Source of the DNA: Bacillota bacterium
GTDB taxonomy: Bacteria; Bacillota; Clostridia; Acetivibrionales; JANLFN01
Assembly: GCA_023421675.1 (NCBI GenBank)
Contig: JAEZTC010000013.1
Location: 464,037-528,036, forward strand
Direction: 5' to 3'
Length of the DNA stretch: 64,000 bases
Below, piece by piece: positions 55,293-63,342 of this stretch. Each line of letters starts with the position of its first letter. Position 1 is the stretch's first letter. The translations under genes and the position numbers were made by a program. Under the pieces are notes generated by a model, which was not told the origin of the DNA, ran no database searches, and saw only the letters and a list, made by a program, of their open reading frames with translations.

Positions 55293-55886
55293 ATGAGCGG
55301 AAACAGCAGCAGTTTTGATTGGGAAAAACCATTTAAAATTTATTTTGATCTTAAGAACGGTAAATCAGACAATGCAAGACCAACTCCACGTAAGCTTTCA
55401 AACATGAAGGGAATGTTCAACGACGAGGCAGCCTTTGAAAAATTGGTTAAGGAAGGCGACCCTCTTGTTTATGACTTCTATGAGCTTGGAGCACCGGAAA
55501 ATCCTGGTGATTTGGCATTCGGCACAAGTATCACTTACCCCGGCAAGGTGGGTAACGAATTTTTTATGACCAAGGGTCATTTCCATACAATACTGGACAC
55601 AGCTGAGGTTTATTACTGCTTAAGCGGAAAAGGTTATATGCTCATGGAAGATCCGGAAGGGAACTGGGACGCTCAGGAACTGACACCCGGTAAGGTTGCC
55701 TATGTACCTAAAAGGTGGGCACACAGGAGCGTAAACATCGGCAATGAACCTTTCATAACCTTCTTCGTTTTCAGAGGGGATGCAGGACATGATTATGGAA
55801 CTATTGAAACTAAGGGATACAGGAAGCTTATTGTAGAAAAAGACGGAAAAGTAGAAATCATAGATAATCCAAGGTGGAAAAAATAG
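55293..55886 (+). CDS. Cupin-type glucose-6-phosphate isomerase (archaeal-type cPGI family)
   Basis: A 197-aa ORF. The motifs TKGHFHTILDTAEVYYCLSG and VPKRWAHRSVN correspond to the TxGHxH...E.Y and PxxxxHRxxN signatures of cupin PGIs. Confidence 0.8.
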   Translation: MSGNSSSFDWEKPFKIYFDLKNGKSDNARPTPRKLSNMKGMFNDEAAFEKLVKEGDPLVYDFYELGAPENPGDLAFGTSITYPGKVGNEFFMTKGHFHTILDTAEVYYCLSGKGYMLMEDPEGNWDAQELTPGKVAYVPKRWAHRSVNIGNEPFITFFVFRGDAGHDYGTIETKGYRKLIVEKDGKVEIIDNPRWKK

Positions 55887-55906
55887 CTTAAGTGAGGTAA
55901 TGATAT

Positions 55907-56554
55907 ATGTCAAAAAAGTGGGAAATTTTAAATAGATTAACTGCCTCCGGTCTTGTTGTAGTAGTAAGAGCGGAAAGTGCAGATCAGGCAAACAGAATTA
56001 CAGAGGCTTGCCTTGAAGGCGGAGCTGCTGCCATTGAAATAACATATACAACGCCGGATGCATCAAAGGTTATAGAGCAACTTGCAAAGAACTATAAACC
56101 CGAAGATATTATTATCGGTGCCGGCACGGTACTGGATCCTGAAACAGCAAGAATTGCAATATTATCTGGAGCTCAATATGTAGTAAGTCCTCATCTCAAC
56201 ATTCAGACACTTAAACTCTGCAACAGATATCAGGTTCCGTGCATGCCCGGTATTATGACTATAGAAGGTGCTGTTGAAGCCATGGAAAACGGTGCGGACA
56301 TTATAAAGGTTTTCCCTGGGGAGGCTTTTGGACCCAAGATAATTAAAGCTATTAAAGGTCCTTTGCCTCAAGCAAATATGATGCCTACCGGAGGAGTTTC
56401 TGCAGATAATGTAGGTGAATGGATAAAGGCCGGAGCGGTTGCAGTAGGTGCCGGTGGTCAGCTTACTGCCGGAGCTAAGACGGGTGACTATGAATCTATA
56501 ACAAAATTGGCTAAGGAATTTGTGGCAAAAATCAAAGAAGCCCGTTCAAAATAG
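55907..56554 (+). CDS. eda: KDPG/KHG-family class I aldolase (2-dehydro-3-deoxy-phosphogluconate aldolase-like)
   Basis: A 215-aa ORF with motifs VVVVRA, GAAAIEITYTTP, GAGTVLD and KVFPG (Schiff-base Lys context). PTGGV lies near the C-terminus. Confidence 0.85.
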   Translation: MSKKWEILNRLTASGLVVVVRAESADQANRITEACLEGGAAAIEITYTTPDASKVIEQLAKNYKPEDIIIGAGTVLDPETARIAILSGAQYVVSPHLNIQTLKLCNRYQVPCMPGIMTIEGAVEAMENGADIIKVFPGEAFGPKIIKAIKGPLPQANMMPTGGVSADNVGEWIKAGAVAVGAGGQLTAGAKTGDYESITKLAKEFVAKIKEARSK

Positions 56555-56586
56555 TTCTCTTTTAATAAAATGACAGGAGTGCTTTT

Positions 56587-58113
56587 ATGGCCATAGGTTA
56601 TCTTATTGGAATAGATATTGGTACACAAGGAACTAAAACTTCACTTATATCAGTTGATGGTACAGTTATATCTGAATCATTTGAGCAGTCAAGACTTATA
56701 TACCCTGAAAAAGGTGCTGTAGAGCAGGAACCTGATGAAATCTACCTTTCATGCCTTAGAACAATCAAGGAAGCTGTAATTAAAGCAGATATAGACCCAA
56801 AGGATATTCTTGCTTTAGGTATAGATGGGCAAATGGCTGGAATCCTCGGAATAGATAAGGATTGGAACGCTGTTACCCCTTATGATTCCTGGCTTGATAA
56901 CAGATGCAGCGAATATAAGGATCTAATAAAGGAATGGGATGCGGAAAAGGTGGTTTCCATTTCCGGATGTCCCGCAATGATACATCATGCACCTAAAATA
57001 ATGTGGTGGAAGAATAAAAGGCCTGAAAGCTATGCAAGAATAAATAAGTTCATTATGCCAGGTGCCTATGTAGCGGGAAGAATGTGCGGCTTAAAAAGCG
57101 ATAAGGCATATATAGATTACACATATCTTCATTTTACAGGTTTATCGGATTTGAAAAATCTCAAGTGGTCTGATGAACTGCTGAATGCATTCGGAATAGA
57201 AAAGTCAAAAATGCCTGAGATTGTTGAGCCGTGGAAAATTATCGGAACAATAAATTCGGAAGCTGCAGCACAATGCGGACTAAAGCAGGGGACGCCTGTA
57301 ATTGCAGGCTGTGGTGACACATCTGCTACCGCTTATGGGGCAGGAATTGTTGAGAAAGGAATCGCTTTTGATGTTGCAGGTACTGCATCAGTATTCTCGT
57401 GCTGCGTTGATGAATATTCACCGGATATTAATAATAAGACTCTGATATTTGCAAAATCGGTAATACCGGGCTTATGGAATCCAATGGCTTATATCAGCGG
57501 AGGCGGCCTTTGCCTTAAATGGCTAAGAGATGAGCTCAATACAAAAGAATATTCCTACTCATATAAAGAACTTGATGTTATGGCAGCCGGTATTCCAGCC
57601 GGAAGTGAAGAACTTATATTTATCCCGCATTTTAACGGCAGATTGCTGCCGGATGTTCCAAATATAAGAGGAAGCTGGATGGGCCTTAGTTGGGTTCATA
57701 CCAAGGCTCATTTGTACAGATCCATTATGGAAGGAATTGCATATGAGTATAAGTACTATCTTAGCATATTGAAAAGTCTTGTGGGAAATATTGAACTGTC
57801 TCATGTGCTTGCAATAGGCGGAGGAGCGAAAAGCCGACTTTTCAACTCCATAAAGGCTGATGTGCTTGGAGTGCCATATAGTACACAGGACAGAAGTGAT
57901 ACTGCAACACTTGGAGTGGCAATACTTGCGGGCTATGGAGCAGGTATATATAATGATTTGGTAACGGCTATAAAGGGTATTGTAAAACATGAAGGATTGG
58001 TACAACCTGAAACAAAAAACGCAGATGTTTACAACAGGTTTTCAAAAGTATATGAAGATTCCTTTGAAATGTTTGATAAATTTTACAGGGGGCTGCTTGG
58101 TTCCAATATTTAA
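56587..58113 (+). CDS. FGGY-family carbohydrate kinase (xylulokinase-like)
   Basis: N-terminal GIDIGTQGTK, plus the later motifs GCGDTSA and GGGAKS typical of FGGY kinases. Confidence 0.88.
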   Translation: MAIGYLIGIDIGTQGTKTSLISVDGTVISESFEQSRLIYPEKGAVEQEPDEIYLSCLRTIKEAVIKADIDPKDILALGIDGQMAGILGIDKDWNAVTPYDSWLDNRCSEYKDLIKEWDAEKVVSISGCPAMIHHAPKIMWWKNKRPESYARINKFIMPGAYVAGRMCGLKSDKAYIDYTYLHFTGLSDLKNLKWSDELLNAFGIEKSKMPEIVEPWKIIGTINSEAAAQCGLKQGTPVIAGCGDTSATAYGAGIVEKGIAFDVAGTASVFSCCVDEYSPDINNKTLIFAKSVIPGLWNPMAYISGGGLCLKWLRDELNTKEYSYSYKELDVMAAGIPAGSEELIFIPHFNGRLLPDVPNIRGSWMGLSWVHTKAHLYRSIMEGIAYEYKYYLSILKSLVGNIELSHVLAIGGGAKSRLFNSIKADVLGVPYSTQDRSDTATLGVAILAGYGAGIYNDLVTAIKGIVKHEGLVQPETKNADVYNRFSKVYEDSFEMFDKFYRGLLGSNI

Positions 58114-58140
58114 CTGCAAAAGAACTTATATTTGTTATAT

Positions 58141-58170
58141 AATTTAGTTAATATGTTTTAAAACTAAATT
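58141..58170. promoter_or_regulatory. 9-bp inverted repeat AATTTAGTT-12 nt-AACTAAATT immediately upstream of the DeoR gene (candidate operator)
   Basis: Read directly. It ends 14 nt before the ATG at 58185 and overlaps the RBS region. Confidence 0.3.
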
Positions 58171-58184
58171 TGGAGTGATAAATA

Positions 58185-58973
58185 ATGGATCAGGCAGAAA
58201 AAGAGCCTATGTTTGCAGAGGAACGTAAGAGAAAGATTTTGGAGTTGCTTGAACAGAATGAAAAAATTAGTGTTCAGGAGCTGTGTGAATATTTTGGAGT
58301 AAGCAGTTCAACAATAAGGAACGACCTAAGGGAAATGGACAGTGAAAAGCTGCTTGAAAGGACGCATGGCGGTGCCATACTTCCCTCTAAAAAGAGCTTT
58401 GAACTTACTTCAACCCAAAAGGAAGTCAAGAACCTTGATGAAAAGAAAGCCATTGCGCAAATAGCTGCAGATATGATTGAAGATGGCGACACCATTCTTC
58501 TTGATACGGGTACAACAACGCTTGAACTTGCAAGAAATCTTAAAAATAAAAGGGATATAACTGTAGTCGTTAATGATATAGAAATAGCCCGCTGCCTTGA
58601 GGATTTTGATGGAGTGAGTATTATACTTCTTGGCGGCATAATGCGTAAAAAGTTTCACTGTGCAGTTGGACCCATTGCAATTAATGCGCTGTCAACATTA
58701 AGCGTAGATAAAGCTTTTATGGCAACCAATGGAGTTTCATTCAAAAAAGGCCTGTCAACACCTGAAATCAATCAGGCGGAAGTTAAAAAAATGATGATAT
58801 CTATTTCTTCCGAAGTAATTTTGTTATGTGACAGCAGTAAAATCGGCAAGGATTCATTTGTTAAATTCGCATCCATTTCGGAAATAAATAAAATAGTTAC
58901 AGACTCAAATCTTAGTAAATATGATGCAGCAGAATTTGAAGAAAATAAAATTGAAGTAATAATTGCAAAATAA
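58185..58973 (+). CDS. DeoR-family transcriptional regulator
   Basis: N-terminal HTH (ERKRKILELLEQNEKISVQELCEYFGVSSSTIRNDL) and a C-terminal DeoR sugar-phosphate sensor domain. Confidence 0.9.
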   Translation: MDQAEKEPMFAEERKRKILELLEQNEKISVQELCEYFGVSSSTIRNDLREMDSEKLLERTHGGAILPSKKSFELTSTQKEVKNLDEKKAIAQIAADMIEDGDTILLDTGTTTLELARNLKNKRDITVVVNDIEIARCLEDFDGVSIILLGGIMRKKFHCAVGPIAINALSTLSVDKAFMATNGVSFKKGLSTPEINQAEVKKMMISISSEVILLCDSSKIGKDSFVKFASISEINKIVTDSNLSKYDAAEFEENKIEVIIAK

Positions 58974-58999
58974 ATCACAATAATATAGGGGGTAATATA

Positions 59000-60316
59000 A
59001 TGAAGGCACGTTTGCTTCCGGTCTATTTTGATTCAACAAAAAACGAAGAATATGATGAGCAGTATAAAATAATCAAGGAATTACTCAAGGATGAAGCAGA
59101 GCTGCTTGAACCTGTACCTTTAGGAGCCCCTGTTAACGATGTTGATGCTGTGGTTTTTCTGCAGCTTGTGGGTGAAGCTTACAGACAGGTAAAATCCATA
59201 CAAAACATAAATGTGCCTATAGTAATCATAACCTCTGAGTTTGGAACGGTAGCGATGTGGGACTGGGAAATAGTTACCTTTCTCAAGCAAAACGGTGTAA
59301 AGCCTCTTACGCCATATAATATTGAAATAACAAAAACAATTTGCCGTTCACTGGCACTTAAAAAAGAGCTTAAGAATACAAAATTCCTTATCTTCCAGGA
59401 CAACCCCGGTGAAGGTATGCAGGCTAGTATTTTCAAACGCTTTTACTGGTGGGAAAATGAATGTACCCAGCTTATAAAAGAAAAACTGGGTGTTTCTATT
59501 GAAAAAATGAGTTTTAAAAAACTTGCAGAGGATGCAAAGCAAATCTCCGATGAAGCAGCTGAAGCAGAGTGGAAAAAGTGGGATTTTAAAAATGAAGGTG
59601 TTTCAACAAAGTCCATTTTAAGTGCAGTTAAAATATATCTTGCAGTAAAAGAAATTACGGATAAGGATAGCAGTATTAAAGGAATAGGCGCAAACTGCCT
59701 TAATGAATCCTTCTTTTCTGACACTACTCCATGCCTTGCCTGGAATATGCTTTATGAAGAAAAGGGCATTATTTGGGCATGCGAGGGAGATACAATGTCG
59801 CTTTTGACAGAATATATAATTAACAAATCTCTCAATACACCGGTAATGACAAGCAATGTGTACCCCTTCCTTATGGGAATGGCTGCACTGAAACATGAAA
59901 AAATTGATAAGTTCCCGCAGGCTGATGACCCGGACAACCATATACTTGTTGTACACTGCGGCTATACCGGTCTAATGCCAAGGTGCATGTGCACTGAATG
60001 GACTATGCGTCCAAAAGTACTTGGTATTGTAGACGATAACGCTATTGCAATAGATTCAAGAATGCCTGAAGGAGATGTAACTCTTGCAAAGCTCCACCCA
60101 TCCTTTGATAAGCTTCTTATCATAGAGGGTGACCTTGAAAAGTATGTTCAATATCCTGGATCAGACTGCAGAAATGGCGCGCTTATAAAGGTTAAGGACG
60201 GTCATAGGATAATGGATGAGCTTTATTCACATCATGACATTCTTATGAATGGTAAGAGGGCAGTAGAGCTTAAAGCTATGGCTAAGGTTCTTGGACTGGT
60301 GTCTGAAGAAATTTAG
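59000..60316 (+). CDS. Uncharacterised protein, L-fucose/L-arabinose-isomerase-like (COG2407-like) fold suspected
   Basis: A 438-aa ORF. The GANCLNES...WACEGD segment resembles the sugar isomerase family core. The assignment is tentative. Confidence 0.4.
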   Translation: MKARLLPVYFDSTKNEEYDEQYKIIKELLKDEAELLEPVPLGAPVNDVDAVVFLQLVGEAYRQVKSIQNINVPIVIITSEFGTVAMWDWEIVTFLKQNGVKPLTPYNIEITKTICRSLALKKELKNTKFLIFQDNPGEGMQASIFKRFYWWENECTQLIKEKLGVSIEKMSFKKLAEDAKQISDEAAEAEWKKWDFKNEGVSTKSILSAVKIYLAVKEITDKDSSIKGIGANCLNESFFSDTTPCLAWNMLYEEKGIIWACEGDTMSLLTEYIINKSLNTPVMTSNVYPFLMGMAALKHEKIDKFPQADDPDNHILVVHCGYTGLMPRCMCTEWTMRPKVLGIVDDNAIAIDSRMPEGDVTLAKLHPSFDKLLIIEGDLEKYVQYPGSDCRNGALIKVKDGHRIMDELYSHHDILMNGKRAVELKAMAKVLGLVSEEI

Positions 60317-60439
60317 TTATCTATAAATATTATAACAATATAATGAAATATCAAATTTTTGACTATTCATAAGTGAATAAGTTTGGCTTGTGAAAGAAAG
60401 CCTTATATTAGAAATTATAAGAATAGGGAGGATAAGAAC

Positions 60440-61615
60440 ATGAGGCAACTGAATATCGCTCTCATAGGCTACAAGTTTATGGGAAAGGCACACAGTTTCG
60501 GTATTGATGCTGCACCTTTCTTCTTCAAAAACGGTGTTAAACCTGTCAAAAAGCTTATATGCGGACGCACAGAGCACCTTGTAAAGCAGGCTGCAGAGGA
60601 ATTCGGCTGGGAATGGTATTGTACCGACTGGCGTGAAGCTTTGGAAAGGGACGACATCGACATTATTGACATTGCGACTCCTACTGTAAATCATAAGGAA
60701 ATTGCCATAGCTGCTGCTAAGGCAGGAAAACATATCTTTTGTGAAAAGCCTCTTGCCATGAATGCGGCAGAAGCAAAAGAAATGTATGAAACCGCTGAAA
60801 AGTATAAGGTTAAGCATATGCTTGGACATAACTACCGCAGGGTTCCAGCTATAGCATTTGCTAAAAAGCTTATAGAAGAAGGTAAACTAGGTGAAATATA
60901 TCACTTCAGAGGCGTATACCTTCAGGACTGGATAATGGATCCCGATTTCCCTGCAATATGGAAGCTTGATAAAAGTGTAGCTGGATCAGGGCCTCATGGG
61001 GATTTGAATGCACATATAATTGATCTTGCAAGGTTCCTTGTAGGTGAAATTGATAAGGTTGTAGGTATGCAGGAGACCTTTATCAAGAAAAGACCAAAGG
61101 CTGTTGTAGAGGAAAAGCTTTCTACCATGCTTACTGCTGAAGGTGATGAGGTTAAAAAGGAATATGTTGATGTAACAGTAGACGACACTACAGCTTTCCT
61201 TGCCAAATTCAAGAATGGTGCTGTTGGTACCTTTGAAGCAACAAGGTTTGCGGGTGGCAGAAAGAATCATGAAAGAATCGAAATAAACGGCAGTAAGGGC
61301 TCATTGGTATTCAATTTTGAAAGAATGAACGAGCTTGAATTCTGGTCCAAGGAAGATGACCTTGAAGTACAGGGCTTCAGGACAATACTTGTAACAGAGG
61401 GCGTACATCCATATATAAGCAACTGGTGGCCTGCAGGACACGTTATAGGATATGAGAATACCTTTGTAAATGAATTTGCGGATTTCTTCCAGAACATTCA
61501 GGAGGATACAATGCCTCATCCTAATTTCTTTGACGGCTGGAAAAATAATCAGGTGCTTGATGCAGTTACAAAATCCATTGAAACGGGTACATGGCAAAAT
61601 ACTGACGATATGTAA
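60440..61615 (+). CDS. Gfo/Idh/MocA-family oxidoreductase (long, about 391 aa)
   Basis: ATG at 60440 follows gggagg (the ORF opens at 60383). Rossmann motif IALIGYKFMGKAH and EKP motif IFCEKPLAM. Confidence 0.85.
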   Translation: MRQLNIALIGYKFMGKAHSFGIDAAPFFFKNGVKPVKKLICGRTEHLVKQAAEEFGWEWYCTDWREALERDDIDIIDIATPTVNHKEIAIAAAKAGKHIFCEKPLAMNAAEAKEMYETAEKYKVKHMLGHNYRRVPAIAFAKKLIEEGKLGEIYHFRGVYLQDWIMDPDFPAIWKLDKSVAGSGPHGDLNAHIIDLARFLVGEIDKVVGMQETFIKKRPKAVVEEKLSTMLTAEGDEVKKEYVDVTVDDTTAFLAKFKNGAVGTFEATRFAGGRKNHERIEINGSKGSLVFNFERMNELEFWSKEDDLEVQGFRTILVTEGVHPYISNWWPAGHVIGYENTFVNEFADFFQNIQEDTMPHPNFFDGWKNNQVLDAVTKSIETGTWQNTDDM

Positions 61616-61665
61616 ATAGTGGTATCAAAATTTAAATATAAATACCAATCAAGGGAGGATTCAGT

Positions 61666-62526
61666 ATGAAAGTTGGAATTGATAGTTATTGTTATCACAG
61701 GTTTTTTGGAGAGGTTTACCCTGACCAGAAGAGGCCTGAAAAAAACATGACAATGCAGGATTTTCTCAAGAGGGCAAAGGAACTCGATGTTGACGGTGTA
61801 TCACTGGAATCATGCTTTTTCCCAAGCTATGATGAAGGCTGGCTGAAGGAATTAAAGGCACAGCTTGATGAATATGGGTTTGACCGTGTTTATGCATGGG
61901 GCCACCCCGATGGTCTTGAACGCGGTAAAAGTATAGATGCATATAATGACATGATAGCAAATATACCAAGGGCTAAAGCAATAGGTGCCGATGTAATGCG
62001 TGTAACAGGAAGCAGCCTGATGTTCAGACATGAACCTCATGGGCCGCAAATAGAGGCTTTGACTAAACAATTCAAGGATGCAATCAAGATCGCAGAAGAA
62101 TATGGTATAAAAATGGCTGTAGAAAATCATATTGATTTTACTTCAGATGAAATTCTGCAAATCCTTGAAGGAGTAAACTCGCCTAATTTTGGACTCAATT
62201 TTGATACAGGCAACTTCCTAAGGCTTCTTGATGATCCGGTAGCAGGTATGGAAAAGCTTGCACCTTATGTATTTGCAACACATGTTAAGGACCTTATGCC
62301 TGATAAAAATGCAGCTCCTACCGAATGGTTCTTCTTTGCAGGAGTACCGGTTGGAAAGGGACTTATAAATAACCAAAAGCTTGCCGAAATGCTTAAAAAG
62401 GCAAATTATAAAGGCTTCCTGGCTGTAGAAATAGATCATCCTCACACTGATTGGACAGGACTTGAAGATGAAGCTGTTGCTATAAGCGTTAAGGAACTCA
62501 AAAAGATATCTGATGCACTAAAGTAA
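61666..62526 (+). CDS. Xylose-isomerase-like TIM-barrel protein (sugar phosphate isomerase/epimerase family)
   Basis: A 286-aa ORF with the metal-ligand pattern VENH...DTGN...HVKD...EIDH typical of the AP_endonuc_2 / xylose isomerase-like TIM family. Confidence 0.8.
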   Translation: MKVGIDSYCYHRFFGEVYPDQKRPEKNMTMQDFLKRAKELDVDGVSLESCFFPSYDEGWLKELKAQLDEYGFDRVYAWGHPDGLERGKSIDAYNDMIANIPRAKAIGADVMRVTGSSLMFRHEPHGPQIEALTKQFKDAIKIAEEYGIKMAVENHIDFTSDEILQILEGVNSPNFGLNFDTGNFLRLLDDPVAGMEKLAPYVFATHVKDLMPDKNAAPTEWFFFAGVPVGKGLINNQKLAEMLKKANYKGFLAVEIDHPHTDWTGLEDEAVAISVKELKKISDALK

Positions 62527-62548
62527 GAAAAAATACAAAACACTCCTA

Positions 62549-62590
62549 AAAAAGTAAAAGACAGATGATAGCCATCTGTCTTTACTTTTA
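62549..62590. terminator. Bidirectional Rho-independent terminator ending the cluster
   Basis: Long hairpin agtaaaagacagatg-atagc-catctgtctttact, with an A-run before and a T-run after. Confidence 0.8.
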
Positions 62591-62595
62591 TTATA

Positions 62596-63087
62596 TTATT
62601 TCCTGGCGCATTCACCTGTTGTTCCTATAAGAATTTGTATTGCGTGTGTGAGCACCGGTAAGATTACTTCCAATGACTCTGATACTGCCTTCGGACTTCC
62701 CGGCATATTTATAATGAGTGTTTTGCCTCGTATTCCGGCTACTGCCCGTGAAAGCATTGCACGGTCTGTTATTTGGAGGCTTTTCTGTCTCATAGCTTCA
62801 GGTATTCCAGGGACCTGTCTTTCAACAACATCCAGAGTTGCCTCCGGAGTAATATCACGGGGAGAAAAACCTGTTCCACCGGTTGTAAGTATAAGGTCGG
62901 CTCCATAGTCATCAGATATCTCTACAAGTGTTTGTGATATCTGCTGCCTGTCATCAGGGACAATCCTGTAAATGATAACTTCGCCTCCTATTTGCTTTAC
63001 AGCGTCTGCTATTACTTTTCCGCTTTCGTCAACTCGTTCACCTTTAGAACCTTTATCACTTGCAGTGAGAATTCCAACTTTAATCAT
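62596..63087 (-). CDS. mog: Molybdopterin adenylyltransferase (MogA/MoaB family)
   Basis: ATG at 63087 follows gggagg (the ORF opens at 63099). Motifs TASDKG, TTGGTGFSPRD and PGSPKA are present. Confidence 0.88.
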   Translation of the reverse strand: MIKVGILTASDKGSKGERVDESGKVIADAVKQIGGEVIIYRIVPDDRQQISQTLVEISDDYGADLILTTGGTGFSPRDITPEATLDVVERQVPGIPEAMRQKSLQITDRAMLSRAVAGIRGKTLIINMPGSPKAVSESLEVILPVLTHAIQILIGTTGECARK

Positions 63088-63237
63088 GTTACCTCCCAAA
63101 TCATATATTTCAATATATTTGAAATAATACTATCTATAAATCATTCGTTAAATTGTTAATAAAGCTAAACATAAAACATATTGACTTTGTCATAATAAAA
63201 TTATAACATTATAACAAGTAGACGTCTATATAATAAA

Positions 63238-63340
63238 TTAAATCTCCGAGCCCTGAATTCTAAAGTACATACCATGAATTCCCGGCCGAAAGGGTGGGTC
63301 TGGAAACAAGCCTGCCTTCCAATCACGCAAAGGAGGAACA
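63238..63340 (+). promoter_or_regulatory. Moco (molybdenum/tungsten cofactor) riboswitch leader of the binding-protein gene
   Basis: The RNA reads AAUCUCCGAGCC...GGCCGAAAGG...CUGGAAAC..GCCUGCC...AAAGGAGG. These blocks match my memory of the Moco RNA motif. The 5' CUCC can pair with the GGAG of the RBS. A weak candidate promoter (TTGACT at 63181) lies upstream. Confidence 0.72.
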
Positions 63341-63342
63341 AA

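Noticed and set aside
60317-60829. A 170-aa minus-strand ORF spanning the gap between the isomerase-like gene and the second Gfo/Idh/MocA gene.
   Set aside because: It overlaps the well-supported N-terminus (Rossmann and EKP motifs) of the plus-strand oxidoreductase. It has no RBS and a Cys/Phe/Ser-rich shadow composition.
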